From the NCBI GenBank assembly GCA_949295915.1, contig CASFNB010000006.1, forward strand, positions 10,541 through 74,540: DNA of 64,000 nt, given 5' to 3'. Below, in pieces: positions 8,194 through 19,017 of the stretch. How positions within the stretch are numbered: the stretch's first letter is position 1; the number at the start of each line of letters is the position of its first letter. Both the position numbers and the translations under genes were made by a program. The notes under the pieces were generated by a model. That model ran no database searches. It was not told the DNA's origin and saw nothing but the letters and a program-made list of their open reading frames with translations. This DNA is from an uncultured Pseudomonadota bacterium (GTDB taxonomy: Bacteria; Pseudomonadota; Alphaproteobacteria; RF32; CAG-239).

Positions 8194-9900
8194 ATGACGT
8201 TAATTAAAGGAAGTTTAAAAAAAATGAAAGATGATGTAAAAGGCCTATACCTTGCTGTTATCGCGTCCATAATCGTGATTTTTGTAACCAATTTACTGTT
8301 CCCCAAAGAGCAGATAAAGCAAGCTCAGCCGGCTCCGCAAATTGAAGAAAGCATTGAAAATGACGAAACAAACAAAAATGACACCGTTGTTTTTAATGAA
8401 GCAACACTTGATAAACAAACAGCCTTAAATCAAGACAAACGCATTCAAATTAAAACACCGGCTTTGCTCGGTAGCATTCGCGTTAAAGGCGGTCGTTTTG
8501 ATGAGCTTTACCTTGATAAATATAAACAAACCTTAGATGCCGATAGTGAAGATGTTGAGTTATTTGCGCCTGCCAAAACCGAAAATGCTTATTATGCCGA
8601 TTTTGGTTGGATTTCTATGGATAAAAGCATCCTCTTACCTAACAGCAACACCAACTGGAACGTAAAGGGTAAAGAATTAACACCTGACACGCCGATTGTT
8701 TTGGAATGGAACAACGGACAAGGCATTCGCTTCATTCGCAAAATTTCCGTTGATAAAGACTATATGTTCACATTGGAACAAGCCGTAGAAAACAACTCCG
8801 GCAAACAAATCAGCTTATATCCTTTTGGTTTGATTAAACGCAGCTTTGACCCCAAAAACGCCAATCGTGCCATTATTCATGAAGGCATGACCGGTGTTGT
8901 CGACTCTTCCTTAGAAGAAATTAAATACAACGACTTAGAAAAAGGCGAAAAAGAAGAATATAAAACCAACGGCGGTTGGGCCGGTTTTTCTGACCACTAT
9001 TGGTTCTCAGCTTTTATTTTGGATAAGAACAGTGAAAGCAAAGTCAAATTCAGCAACACCGGCAAAAACAGCTATCAGGTAGACTATGTCGGTGCCGAAC
9101 AAAAAATTGACAACGGTTCGGTCGGCATTGTCGATTTGAAAATGTTTGCCGGAGCTAAAGAAATCAAATTATTGGATAAATACACCAAACAATTTGATAT
9201 TGAAAAATTTGATTTAGCGGTTGATTTTGGTTGGTACTACTTCCTGACCAAACCATTCTTCTATATTTTAGACTTTTTCTACCATATCATCGGCAACATG
9301 GGCTGGGCAATTTTGCTCTTTGCCGCTTTGCTTCGTTTGGTTATGTACCCGATTGCCAGTAAATCTTTTGACAGCATGTCCAAGATGAAAAAGTTGCAAC
9401 CCAAAATCAAAGAATTGCAAGAGCGTTATGGCGACGACAAAATGAAATTGCAACAAGAAACCATGTTGCTCTACCGCAAAGAAAAAATTAATCCGGCAGC
9501 AGGATGTTTACCGATGCTCATCCAAATTCCGGTATTCTTCTCTTTGTACAAAGTTTTGAATATCTCGATTGAGATTCGTCATGCACCGTTCATCGGTTGG
9601 ATTAAAGACTTGTCTGCTCCCGATCCACTGACCATTTCTCGCATTATCCATTTTCCTGTCCCCGGATTTTTGGATATTGGTGTTTGGCCGATTATCATGG
9701 GTATCACCATGTATATTCAACAAAAACTCAATCCGGCGCCGACCAACAAAGATCAAGCCCGCATGTTTATGCTGTTGCCGCTTATCTTCACATTCATGCT
9801 CGGACATTTTGCCGCCGGCTTGGTGATTTACTGGAGCTTTAGCAACCTTTTATCCATCATTCAACAAAAAGCCATCATGCGCAAAAACGGAGTAGACTAA
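8194..9900 (+). CDS. yidC: Membrane protein insertase YidC
   Basis: Large periplasmic domain followed by the conserved C-terminal core ([50 protein letters not shown]). Alternative start at 8224. Confidence 0.95.
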   Translation: MTLIKGSLKKMKDDVKGLYLAVIASIIVIFVTNLLFPKEQIKQAQPAPQIEESIENDETNKNDTVVFNEATLDKQTALNQDKRIQIKTPALLGSIRVKGGRFDELYLDKYKQTLDADSEDVELFAPAKTENAYYADFGWISMDKSILLPNSNTNWNVKGKELTPDTPIVLEWNNGQGIRFIRKISVDKDYMFTLEQAVENNSGKQISLYPFGLIKRSFDPKNANRAIIHEGMTGVVDSSLEEIKYNDLEKGEKEEYKTNGGWAGFSDHYWFSAFILDKNSESKVKFSNTGKNSYQVDYVGAEQKIDNGSVGIVDLKMFAGAKEIKLLDKYTKQFDIEKFDLAVDFGWYYFLTKPFFYILDFFYHIIGNMGWAILLFAALLRLVMYPIASKSFDSMSKMKKLQPKIKELQERYGDDKMKLQQETMLLYRKEKINPAAGCLPMLIQIPVFFSLYKVLNISIEIRHAPFIGWIKDLSAPDPLTISRIIHFPVPGFLDIGVWPIIMGITMYIQQKLNPAPTNKDQARMFMLLPLIFTFMLGHFAAGLVIYWSFSNLLSIIQQKAIMRKNGVD

Positions 9901-10544
9901 TGGAATTTGCCACCCCCGAGTATCAAGAAGATTCCTTAAAAGAAGCCGAAGCTTTTTTCAAACAACCCTGCACCTTTGTACTCGGGGTAGCAAAATTAGA
10001 GCAACTTCCGCTCTCTGATTTGCCGGAAGTAGCTTTTGCCGGACGTTCCAATGTCGGCAAATCCAGCATTATCAATGCCCTTACCGGACAAAAAAGTCTG
10101 GCTAAAACCTCCAACACCCCCGGACGCACGCAACAGCTAAACTATTTTAACTTGAGCGATAAAATCCATATTGTCGACCTCCCCGGTTATGGCTTTGCGC
10201 AAGCACCGGAAAGCATGGTCAAGCAATGGCAAAACCTCATTTTCGCTTATTTGCAAGGTCGTGTAAACTTAAAAAGAGTTTTTGTGTTAATCGATTCGCG
10301 CCACGGGATTAAAAAGGTTGATTTAGAAATTATGGAAATGCTGGATAAAGCCGCCGTAACCTACCAAATTGTTCTGACCAAAACCGATAAAATCAGTGAG
10401 AAAGCTTTGGAAAAAGTTTTGGCAGAAACTCAAAAGACAATCAAAGACCATGCCGCCGCCTATGTCACGGTTTTAGCCACCAGCTCGGAAAAGAAAAGCG
10501 GCTTAAACGAACTGCGTTGTGAAATTCAATCTTTAGCATTGTAA
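9900..10544 (+). CDS. yihA: Ribosome biogenesis GTP-binding protein YihA/EngB
   Basis: G1 motif [15 protein letters not shown]3 DLPGYG, G4 TKTDK. Conserved position after yidC. Confidence 0.9.
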   Translation: MEFATPEYQEDSLKEAEAFFKQPCTFVLGVAKLEQLPLSDLPEVAFAGRSNVGKSSIINALTGQKSLAKTSNTPGRTQQLNYFNLSDKIHIVDLPGYGFAQAPESMVKQWQNLIFAYLQGRVNLKRVFVLIDSRHGIKKVDLEIMEMLDKAAVTYQIVLTKTDKISEKALEKVLAETQKTIKDHAAAYVTVLATSSEKKSGLNELRCEIQSLAL

Positions 10545-10634
10545 AAAAATTTTCACATTTTAAAGCTTGCAAAATAAAATTTTGAACAATAATATTTTGC
10601 TCATAAAAATATTATTAATTAAAAAAATAAGTAT

Positions 10635-11015
10635 ATGAAAAAATTAGTATCATTCTTGTTGTACCTTGTCATATTAGGCGGAGGTGCGGGTGTTGTATAT
10701 GGATTGATTAATGAAACATCAAGACCATATACTGTTGCATTCGTTTTGTTAACATGGGGTTTAGCACTATGGGAAATAAAAAAACTTCCCAAAGAGAAAC
10801 TGAATCCAGTAAAAAAAATAAAGAATAAAATAGCCCAAAAGATGATGGCAAACGTATTAGCCATAATCTTTATATTTGTTCTCCTAAGTATAATGGGAGG
10901 CATGGCGTATCTGTTTTACAACCCAAGCACCAGAATATACATGACATCCTTTGTCATATTGGTATGGTGTCTTATCTTTTGGGAATTATATCGAAGTATT
11001 GTAAAAAAGATATAA
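10635..11015 (+). CDS. Small membrane protein with internal duplication, unknown function
   Basis: Four hydrophobic segments. The two halves resemble each other (VAFVLLTWGLALWEIKKLPK versus TSFVILVWCLIFWELYRSIVKK). Confidence 0.5.
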   Translation: MKKLVSFLLYLVILGGGAGVVYGLINETSRPYTVAFVLLTWGLALWEIKKLPKEKLNPVKKIKNKIAQKMMANVLAIIFIFVLLSIMGGMAYLFYNPSTRIYMTSFVILVWCLIFWELYRSIVKKI

Positions 11016-11030
11016 ATTTCCTTGGATCAT

Positions 11031-11066
11031 AAAAAAACAAGAAGCAGTCACGCTTCTTGTTTTTTT
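11031..11066. terminator. Bidirectional hairpin terminator between convergent genes
   Basis: A7-ACAAGAAGC...GCTTCTTGT-T7. Confidence 0.7.
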
Positions 11067-11763
11067 ATGCAAATTTTTTAAAAAAATCTTTACGCGCACG
11101 TCGTCCCATACTCCAAAGATTACCGATTCCGTTAATCGGTTGAACCTTATAAAGAGACTTAAAATTAAAATTTCTGGAAAAGAAAATTGAAGTTGTTTTG
11201 GTATAATTATTCATCGGGCAAAAACCATAAAAATCCACCTGCAACAGATTTGCTTGTTTTAAAATTTCCACGGCATGCACATATTCCAAACTGGTATTGA
11301 TACGGTCGCTGTCATCAAGAATAATCATACCGCCTTCGGCTAATTTTTGCACTGCGGCTTCGGCACATTTTTCACGGCGCTTACCGTCAATTACAATCAC
11401 ATCATATTTAGTTTCATCTTCAAAAATGGCTTGCTCGTATATTTTCCCTTCATCACGCCAGCGAATCTCCAAATTTTGCATATGAAATTCATTTTTCCAA
11501 CGCTCAAAATAAGATTGATTATCTTCAATGGAAGTTACGGTTTGAGCGCGACTTGCCCAAAAAGCGGAAGAATACCCACAGCCGTATTCAAATATGTTCT
11601 TATCACCATAATCAAATTGCAGCAAATATTCTATAGCCGGATAAGTATACCACGGCAACGGATTTCCGTCTTTATCGGCGCAAATTTTTTCATCTATGCT
11701 TTTTTCAAGAGCATATTCCTTTGCCCAAACATCAATCACTTTTTGAAATTTTTTACTATACAT
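11065..11763 (-). CDS. Putative class I SAM-dependent methyltransferase
   Basis: EYGCGYSSAFWA (motif I-like), and later YDVIVIDGKRREKC and GGMIILDDSDR, as in O-methyltransferase-like folds. Confidence 0.5.
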   Translation of the reverse strand: MYSKKFQKVIDVWAKEYALEKSIDEKICADKDGNPLPWYTYPAIEYLLQFDYGDKNIFEYGCGYSSAFWASRAQTVTSIEDNQSYFERWKNEFHMQNLEIRWRDEGKIYEQAIFEDETKYDVIVIDGKRREKCAEAAVQKLAEGGMIILDDSDRINTSLEYVHAVEILKQANLLQVDFYGFCPMNNYTKTTSIFFSRNFNFKSLYKVQPINGIGNLWSMGRRARKDFFKKFA

Positions 11764-11849
11764 TTTTATATCCCGTTGAAAATATCATATTCATACATAT
11801 ATCAAAATTGTTACAACAACAAACCTTTTTTTTGGTAAGGATAAACAAG

Positions 11850-12035
11850 ATGAAAATGATAAGAAAAATTGCTTATATATTAACCTTAATCGGAGCCTTA
11901 AACTGGGGCTTGGTCGGCATCGCCGGATTTGATTTAGTTGCCGCTATTTTTGGTATCGGTTTAATTGCCAACATTATTTATTCTTTAGTTGGCATTTCTG
12001 CTCTGTGGCTCATTTTTGCCCCCAAAGGCGAATAA
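11850..12035 (+). CDS. DUF378-family small membrane protein
   Basis: LIGALNWGLVGIAGFDLVAAIFG signature. Start set at ATG 11850 inside ORF 11721-12035. Confidence 0.7.
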   Translation: MKMIRKIAYILTLIGALNWGLVGIAGFDLVAAIFGIGLIANIIYSLVGISALWLIFAPKGE

Positions 12036-12090
12036 TTTTTATAACCGCACTCTCCTAAAAAAATAAAAAGAGCCTGAGGCTCTTTTTATT

Positions 12091-13125
12091 TTATGCAATT
12101 TTAGATAATTTTGAGGCAGCCGAAGCAATTTGCATAATGGTATAAGAAGCAATCTCTTCCACAGGCATATTTGTTGTTTTGCATTCTTTTTCAGCCTTAA
12201 ACAATAGTTCCAAAACAGACAATACACGTTCTCTCGGCCAAATGGTTACTTGACGCTTAAAACTGGATTCGCGAAAAAAAATAATTTTTGGCACCAACTT
12301 AAAAACTGCTTTATCAAGAGTATCACCTTTTTCCATAAAAGCTTTAACAGTCAAAATTTTGTTAAAATGATAAGAAAGAGAACGAATGATAGAAATTGGC
12401 TCATTTCCTTCACAAACCAATTTTCTAAAAGATTTTAATGCTTTGTCAGTTTGTCCGTTGGCTGCAAAATAACAAACATCATCTCCGCTTGCTGCCGATT
12501 GGTCACTGATGCAAATTTGAATATCATCGGCTGTAACATTTTTCTTATCTCCCATATAGGTAATAAGTTTTTCTATCTCACCGAGATTCGTTTTTCTGTC
12601 ATTAGAAAGGCGAGAACACAAAAGCTGCAAAGCTTCATTATTAATTGTTAATCCGTTTTCAACAAACATGAAGCGCGCCGTTGCAAAAATATCTTCATCT
12701 CTGTCTTCATAACAAGCAATCAAACCCATATCTTCACGCTCTTCCGCCAAAGCAACCAAAGAAGATTTTTTGTTTAATAATGTTGAAGATATAATCACCA
12801 AAGTATCGGAAGGCGTCCCGTCGAACATGATTTTGAGATGTTTGGTCAGATTGTTATCGGCATCTTTAACCACAATCACACGTCTGCCACCCATCAAAGA
12901 CTGACTGGTATATTCGGCAAACAAAGAGCCTATATCAGCCAAAACATCGGCACAATTAAAATAAACCACTGAAAAGGGATCATACAAATCTTTAGAAACG
13001 GTTTGAACAAGTTTTTTAACATATTCATTAACCAAACCGTCATTAGAACCGTAAATAACAAAAGCTTTTAGGGCCAAATCAGGCTTTTTCAAATATTTAT
13101 CTATTTGTGCCTGTTTATATATCAC
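12091..13125 (-). CDS. holA: DNA polymerase III subunit delta
   Basis: Length, the N-terminus (YLKKPDLALKAFVIYGSNDGLV) and position downstream of lptE/leuS. Confidence 0.8.
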   Translation of the reverse strand: MIYKQAQIDKYLKKPDLALKAFVIYGSNDGLVNEYVKKLVQTVSKDLYDPFSVVYFNCADVLADIGSLFAEYTSQSLMGGRRVIVVKDADNNLTKHLKIMFDGTPSDTLVIISSTLLNKKSSLVALAEEREDMGLIACYEDRDEDIFATARFMFVENGLTINNEALQLLCSRLSNDRKTNLGEIEKLITYMGDKKNVTADDIQICISDQSAASGDDVCYFAANGQTDKALKSFRKLVCEGNEPISIIRSLSYHFNKILTVKAFMEKGDTLDKAVFKLVPKIIFFRESSFKRQVTIWPRERVLSVLELLFKAEKECKTTNMPVEEIASYTIMQIASAASKLSKIA

Positions 13126-13653
13126 TACTGGTTTCCTTTCTTAAAACGAGCATGAAAATACGCTCCGATACGAAGAGTTATATCATTGGCAATAATTTTT
13201 GCAGCATCGGTTTGTGTTTTTTTCTTGGCAAAGGTTGTCGAATAAGGATTAGCCAAAATATCATAACTAACATAGGCAATACTATCTCCGAGAAGATTCG
13301 GCACTAAGCAGACGATAATTAACTTTATATCTGACACGTTCACGTGTTGCGGTAATATCATCACGCATGGCTTGTTGCGTAATTTCAATCGGAGCAACGT
13401 CGACAAACAATCGATAAGTCGGATTTTTAGGTGCGCCGAGCGGTGTCAACATATCCAACAAATCATTTCTGAGCTCTTGTCCAAAACGCTCGGCAATGGT
13501 TTGAACCTTAATTTTAGCCATTTCGGCAGAAATGGAAGTATCAAACTCACCGCCAAAATACCACAAGCTTTCTTGTTTTTTTTGCACATATAAAGGCTCA
13601 AAACCGCAAGCAGAAATAAAAAGCACCAAAAACAAAAGCCAACATTTTTTCAT
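13125..13653 (-). pseudogene. lptE: LPS-assembly lipoprotein LptE, split by a 1-nt frameshift (or assembly error)
   Basis: The N-terminal part (MKKCWLLFLVLFISACGFEPLY..., ORF 13282-13707) stops at 13282. The C-terminal part (LGDSIAYVSYDILANPYSTTFAKKKTQTDAAKIIANDITLRIGAYF) continues in another frame (ORF 13125-13406). The junction is near TCTTCTCGG at about 13290-13300. Confidence 0.65.
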
Positions 13654-13771
13654 TATAAAAATCCTCAAAACAAAATTTAAGCCAACTTTAGCATAAATAC
13701 CGCGCAAGGCAACGATTTTTTATTGCCAAAACACATTTATCTGTTTATTTTGAAGAAAGAAAATAATTATC

Positions 13772-14605
13772 ATGAATATATTAACTTTAATTCTTATCAT
13801 TATGAAAACAAAAGAAGAACTTCTGGCTGTTTTACAAAATTTAGGTTTAAGTTTTTGCATCAGCAACCCCATTCAAGAAGGAACATGGGTTTTCAAATTT
13901 GACAAAGCACTGAGCTTTATGCAAAAAGACAGTATTAACACTGAAATTGACTACCACTTTGGTTACATGGTTTCATGGCACAAAAACTGGCTCACGGTCT
14001 ACCCGGAAATTCAGAGTCAAGTTTTGCGCAATTTCAGAGACACTGTAGATAACGTAGGTGAAGCGCATCAAGCCTATTTTAAAACGTTTACCTTCCGCGA
14101 GCAGAAAAATCTATCCCCTAAACAATTTATTATTAGGATAAATTTTGATGCACCCGCTACAAAAAAAATATTAAAGGAAATTTGCTGGAAATTTCAAGAA
14201 AGAAACAATACCTTCTGCAAGGTCTTAACCAACAATGAATTTCTGATTGATTGCGCAGCACAGGTAGACATTGAAGCTTTGAAAAAAGAACAACAAGAGG
14301 CCTTAAAGAAAAAACATTATGCCGACGAATGCGGAAAATTATCGCGAAGATTGGACATTCCTTTTATTAATGTTTTAGCTATGGGAACAGATGAGAAACT
14401 TTTGGAAAGACACTTGGTAACAATGAACCGAGCCGCCGGCTTAATTGCCGCGCAAGACAAGAGCGAAAAGAAACTTCTTTTTTATCAGATTTTTAAAGGC
14501 GATAAATTAAGCAAAGAAAAAGCCATCAAAAGCTTGGGAATTGAAATTGGTAACGCAGATGTTATGCGTATTGATTTTTCGAGTTTGAAAAATGCTTTTA
14601 AGTAG
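13772..14605 (+). CDS. Hypothetical protein, opposite strand, inserted between lptE and leuS
   Basis: Long ORF with a terminator. No motif recognised. Likely start at 13802 (MKTKEEL). Confidence 0.5.
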   Translation: MNILTLILIIMKTKEELLAVLQNLGLSFCISNPIQEGTWVFKFDKALSFMQKDSINTEIDYHFGYMVSWHKNWLTVYPEIQSQVLRNFRDTVDNVGEAHQAYFKTFTFREQKNLSPKQFIIRINFDAPATKKILKEICWKFQERNNTFCKVLTNNEFLIDCAAQVDIEALKKEQQEALKKKHYADECGKLSRRLDIPFINVLAMGTDEKLLERHLVTMNRAAGLIAAQDKSEKKLLFYQIFKGDKLSKEKAIKSLGIEIGNADVMRIDFSSLKNAFK

Positions 14606-14649
14606 CAAAAAAAAACACGCTGAACACAAAAATTCAGCGTGTTTTTTTA
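14606..14649. terminator. Bidirectional terminator
   Basis: A-run, ACACGCTGAA / TTCAGCGTGT stem, T7. Lies between convergent genes. Confidence 0.75.
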
Positions 14650-14659
14650 TTGATAAAAC

Positions 14660-17137
14660 TTAGGCAACAATATTGCAGATTTTGTTCGGAACAACAATAA
14701 TTTTCTTAATTTCTTTGCCTTCAAGCTGACGTTTCACATTTTCGACCGCCAAAGCCGCAGCCTCAACATCAGGACGAGGAGCATCTTTCGGCATAGTGAT
14801 AGTGCCGCGAACCTTACCGCAAATTTGTACGGCAATGGTCACTTCGTTATCTTGCGCGAGCTTTGTATCACCCTTCGGCCAAGCTTCGGCAACAATTAAA
14901 GTTGTTTTACCCATACGCGCCCACATTTCCTCTGCCAAATGCGGGGTGAACGGAGAAAGCAGTTTGAGCAAGTTCAAATACATTTCTTCAGGAATTTTCT
15001 CCATTGAGCTCATATAGTTCACATATTCCATCAAAGAAGAAACGGCAGTATTAAACTTCATTTGGTCAATACGTTCGGTCACTTCCAAAATGCACTTGTG
15101 TATAGCTCGCAAGTCTTTCTCATTTGCTTTAACATCAGCAACCTTTTTGAACAAACCGTAAACTTTGTTCACAAAACGGTATACACCCATCAAGCTTTCT
15201 TCTGACCACATAGCAACTTGGTCAAATGGTCCGATAAACATTTCATACAAACGGAATGTATCGGCACCATAAGCATCGACAATATCATCGGGATTGATGA
15301 CATTACCGCGAGATTTAGACATTTTCTCGCCGTTTTCAGCCAAAATCATACCATGAGAGGTACGTTTGTTATAAGGCTCGTTTGTCGGAACCAAACCGCA
15401 ATCATAGAGGAATTTATGCCAAAAACGAGAATAGAGTAAGTGCAATGTGGTGTGTTCCATACCACCGTTGTACCAATCCACATTCATCCAATAGTCAAGA
15501 GCCTCTTTAGATGCAAATTCTTTTGTATTATGCGGATCGCAATAGCGCAAGAAATACCAAGAAGAACCGGCCCAGTTCGGCATGGTATCGGTTTCTCTTC
15601 TGGCATATCCGCCGCATTTCGGACATTTGGCATTGAGCCAATCACCGGCTTTAGAAAGCGGAGATTCGCCTTCATCATTGGGGTGAAAATCAGGAACTTC
15701 CGGCAAGGTTAACGGCAATTCAGATTCCGGAATTGGTTGCCATCCGCATTTTTCGCAATAAACCATCGGAATAGGTTCACCCCAATAGCGTTGACGAGAA
15801 AATACCCAGTCACGCAGTTTGAAGTTAACTTTTGCCTGTCCGAAACCGTTTTTAACCGCATAATCGGTCGCAGCCTTCATGGCATCGTTTTTGTTCATAC
15901 CGTCTAAGAAACCGGAATTGATATGCGGACCGTCTTCTTCAAAAGCCTTTTCGGAAATATCACCACCGTCCAAAACTTGAATAATCGGCAAGTTGAAAGC
16001 TTTGGCAAAGTCATAGTCGCGTTGGTCATGCGCCGGAACCGCCATAATCGCACCGGTACCGTAACCGGTCAAAACATAATCGGAAATAAAGACCGGAATC
16101 AAATCACCTGTATAAGGATTTTTAGCCTTAATACCTTTGAGTTCAACACCGGTTTTGCTATCGGTCATCGTACGTTGCAAATCAGACTTCTTTGCAGTTT
16201 CATCAACATAAGCTTTAACTTCGGCGGCATTTTCAAACTTATCCATCAGCTCGGCAACAAATTTGTGTTCCGGAGCCATAACCATGTAGGTCACGCCGAA
16301 AGCCGTATCCGGACGTGTGGTAAATACGGTCAATTTGCGGTTTAAAGATTCGCCGTTTTTATCAGTTAAGCCGAAGTCGAGCTCAGCGCCTTCGGAACGA
16401 CCGATCCAGTTAATTTGTTGAGATTTAACACGGTCGATAAAATCAACATCTTTCAAGTCATTAATCAATCTGTCGGCATATTTGGTAATGGCAATCATCC
16501 ATTGTTCTTTATTTTTACGAACGACTTGCGCGCCGCAACGTTCGCAACAACCGTTAACAACTTCTTCGTTTGCCAAACCGACCTTACAGCTCGGGCACCA
16601 GTTAATAGCGATTTTATCTTTGTATGCCAAACCTTTTTCAAAGAATTTGATGAACATCCATTGTGTCCATTTATAATATTCCGGATCACAAGTAGAAATA
16701 CATCTGTCCCAGTCAAAGCTGAAACCCAAAGACTTTAATTGTCTGGTAAAGTTTTCAATATTGGCTTTGGTAGAAATAGCAGGATGCACACCGGTTTTAA
16801 TGGCATAGTTTTCAGCCGGCAAACCGAAAGCATCAAAACCCATCGGATACAAAACATTAAAGCCTTGCATGCGTTTTTTACGAGAAATAACATCGAGTGC
16901 GGTATAAGAGCGCGGGTGACCGACGTGCAAACCGGCACCTGACGGATAAGGAAACTCTACCAGCGCATAAAATTTTTCTTTATTTTTATCTATTTCAACT
17001 TTATAGGCTTTTTCTTTTTCCCAAATAGACTGCCATTTTTTTTCAATAGCTTTGAAGTTATAACGGTCTTCCAGTTTCCATTCTTTAGACCATTCATCAA
17101 AGCTTTTACCGTTATATCTATCACAATTTTCACACAT
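14660..17137 (-). CDS. leuS: Leucine--tRNA ligase
   Basis: HVGHPRSYT (HIGH), KMSKSRGN (KMSKS) and the CP1 editing domain. About 24 extra N-terminal residues precede the usual YNFKAIEKKWQ start. Confidence 0.95.
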   Translation of the reverse strand: MCENCDRYNGKSFDEWSKEWKLEDRYNFKAIEKKWQSIWEKEKAYKVEIDKNKEKFYALVEFPYPSGAGLHVGHPRSYTALDVISRKKRMQGFNVLYPMGFDAFGLPAENYAIKTGVHPAISTKANIENFTRQLKSLGFSFDWDRCISTCDPEYYKWTQWMFIKFFEKGLAYKDKIAINWCPSCKVGLANEEVVNGCCERCGAQVVRKNKEQWMIAITKYADRLINDLKDVDFIDRVKSQQINWIGRSEGAELDFGLTDKNGESLNRKLTVFTTRPDTAFGVTYMVMAPEHKFVAELMDKFENAAEVKAYVDETAKKSDLQRTMTDSKTGVELKGIKAKNPYTGDLIPVFISDYVLTGYGTGAIMAVPAHDQRDYDFAKAFNLPIIQVLDGGDISEKAFEEDGPHINSGFLDGMNKNDAMKAATDYAVKNGFGQAKVNFKLRDWVFSRQRYWGEPIPMVYCEKCGWQPIPESELPLTLPEVPDFHPNDEGESPLSKAGDWLNAKCPKCGGYARRETDTMPNWAGSSWYFLRYCDPHNTKEFASKEALDYWMNVDWYNGGMEHTTLHLLYSRFWHKFLYDCGLVPTNEPYNKRTSHGMILAENGEKMSKSRGNVINPDDIVDAYGADTFRLYEMFIGPFDQVAMWSEESLMGVYRFVNKVYGLFKKVADVKANEKDLRAIHKCILEVTERIDQMKFNTAVSSLMEYVNYMSSMEKIPEEMYLNLLKLLSPFTPHLAEEMWARMGKTTLIVAEAWPKGDTKLAQDNEVTIAVQICGKVRGTITMPKDAPRPDVEAAALAVENVKRQLEGKEIKKIIVVPNKICNIVA

Positions 17138-17160
17138 ATTTACTTTACCTTGTCTTATTT

Positions 17161-17601
17161 TTATTGATTAAAACTTTGTTGATATAAAATTCTTGCTCTT
17201 TTTAAGATAGAGAGTTCAATCACCTGCTCCATTTGCAAAGACATATCTTCGATTTGCCATTTTCCGTTCACGAGTTTTCGACTTTGTCCTTCAACTTTAA
17301 CCCCATCGGAACGCAATTCTTTAGAAAGGATATGAACCTGAAGTTTGAACTGCTCTTTTGCTTTCGGAGATTCTTTATACCAATCGGTCTCAATTATCCC
17401 CGTTTCTTGATTTTTGCTTTGAATGGACATAAAACCCAATTTGTCAAGAGATGCTTGCCACAAGAACGGATTAACTTTCGATTCGTGAATTTCTGTCTGC
17501 GGCTTTTCTTCTGCCCACGGATTCCATTGTTGCATATAAGCACAACCGTTAAGCAGAAATGCACCGATTATCACCAGAGGAACAAACTTTTTCATCGTCA
17601 T
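17161..17601 (-). CDS. Lipoprotein (DUF3576-like)
   Basis: Lipobox LLNGC, then NPFLWQASLDKLGFM...ETDWY. This type of lipoprotein neighbours leuS in alphaproteobacteria (family assignment from memory). Confidence 0.55.
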   Translation of the reverse strand: MTMKKFVPLVIIGAFLLNGCAYMQQWNPWAEEKPQTEIHESKVNPFLWQASLDKLGFMSIQSKNQETGIIETDWYKESPKAKEQFKLQVHILSKELRSDGVKVEGQSRKLVNGKWQIEDMSLQMEQVIELSILKRARILYQQSFNQ

Positions 17602-17730
17602 TTTCCTTCATTTTTTTCAAAATTAATTAAACCTATAATAATTTTGTTGAAAACACAATAGACTTAATGCAAAACTTCCACTAGAATGCGACAAAAGATT
17701 GAATAATTTTAATCGGGAAAAGAAAAAAAA

Positions 17731-19017
17731 ATGAACACCATTCGCCAAACGGCGGTAGAAATGCTGAAAGATGTGCTGGAAAACAAAAACTTTTTCAGCG
17801 AAGTAAAATCTGAAAAAAGCCAATTATCCTCTCAAGATTCGGCTTTTGCCAACATGCTGATTTTAACCACATTCAGACATCTGGTTTTCATCAAAAAAAT
17901 TTTGAAAAAATTTGTTAAGAAAAAGCTCCCTCTCTCAGCAATTAACGGGCAATATGCTCTGTTTTTGGGCACATGCGAAATTTTATATCTTAACACGCCG
18001 GACTATGCCGTTATCAACTCTTATGTCGAGGTCACAAAACACATGGCGGACAAATATGTTGCCGGTTTTGTTAATGCGGTTTTACGTAACATTTGCAAGC
18101 AAAAAGAAGAACTCAAAAAAGAAGAAAACGGCGAGTTTTTTCCACCTGAATTTTTCCATATTTTGAATCAAGATTACGGCAAAAAGACCATGCAAAAGAT
18201 TCAGTCTGCAGCCATGGTTGAACCCAAACTCGACATCACCGTTAAAAGCGACGCCAAGCATTGGGCCGAAACTTTGGATGGACAACTTCTCCCCTCAGAT
18301 ACGATTCGCTTGGAAAACAACGGCAAAATAACGGCGTTGCAAGGATATGATAGCGGCGATTGGTGGGTACAAGATTTTGCCGCTGCTTTGGCTGTTAAAG
18401 CTCTTCCCGATATCAAAGACAAAAAAGTTTTGGATATGTGCGCCGCCCCCGGAGGCAAAACCGCTCAGCTAATCAACAAAGGGGCTAAAGTTACGGCTTT
18501 GGATATATCGGCTACACGCTTAAAAAAATTGCAAGAAAACCTTAAAAGATTGCATTTTAATGCAGATATTGTTTGTGCCGATGCTCTTGAATATATGAAG
18601 AACTATCAAAAAGAAGACTATGATGCCGTTTTGTTAGATGCTCCCTGCTCTGCCACCGGAACGATTCGCCGCCATCCCGAACTTGTACATATCAAACGCT
18701 TAAAAGATGTTGAAAAACAAGCCGAATTGCAAAAAGAGATTTTAGCGCAAACGCCAAAAATCTTAAAAAAAGGCGGTATCTTAATCTATTGCACCTGTTC
18801 CATCTCCAAATTAGAAGGAGAAAAACAAATTACCGCCTTTTTAGAAGCCAACCCAACCTTCAAAATCGTTCCGATAACTTCTCAAGAACTCTGCGAAACA
18901 GACGCCTTGAATGAAATCATCACAGAAGAAGGGTTCATCCGCACCTTGCCGCAACATTTGGCAAATCATGGAGGTACCGATTCGTTTTTTGTAGCCCGAT
19001 TAAAAAAGGAAGCCTAA
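17731..19017 (+). CDS. rsmB: 16S rRNA (cytosine-C5)-methyltransferase RsmB/Sun
   Basis: NusB-like N-terminus, SAM motif DMCAAPGGKT, catalytic DAPCSATGTIRRHPE and CTCS. Confidence 0.9.
   Translation: MNTIRQTAVEMLKDVLENKNFFSEVKSEKSQLSSQDSAFANMLILTTFRHLVFIKKILKKFVKKKLPLSAINGQYALFLGTCEILYLNTPDYAVINSYVEVTKHMADKYVAGFVNAVLRNICKQKEELKKEENGEFFPPEFFHILNQDYGKKTMQKIQSAAMVEPKLDITVKSDAKHWAETLDGQLLPSDTIRLENNGKITALQGYDSGDWWVQDFAAALAVKALPDIKDKKVLDMCAAPGGKTAQLINKGAKVTALDISATRLKKLQENLKRLHFNADIVCADALEYMKNYQKEDYDAVLLDAPCSATGTIRRHPELVHIKRLKDVEKQAELQKEILAQTPKILKKGGILIYCTCSISKLEGEKQITAFLEANPTFKIVPITSQELCETDALNEIITEEGFIRTLPQHLANHGGTDSFFVARLKKEA

Noticed and set aside
11297-11838. Plus-strand ORFs (62 and 163 aa) opposite the methyltransferase gene
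   Set aside because: Antisense shadow ORFs rich in F/I/S. The minus-strand frame carries the SAM-methyltransferase-like motifs.
14796-16942. Multiple 64-140 aa ORFs on both strands within leuS
   Set aside because: Shadow or alternate-frame ORFs. LeuRS motifs occupy the minus-strand frame throughout.
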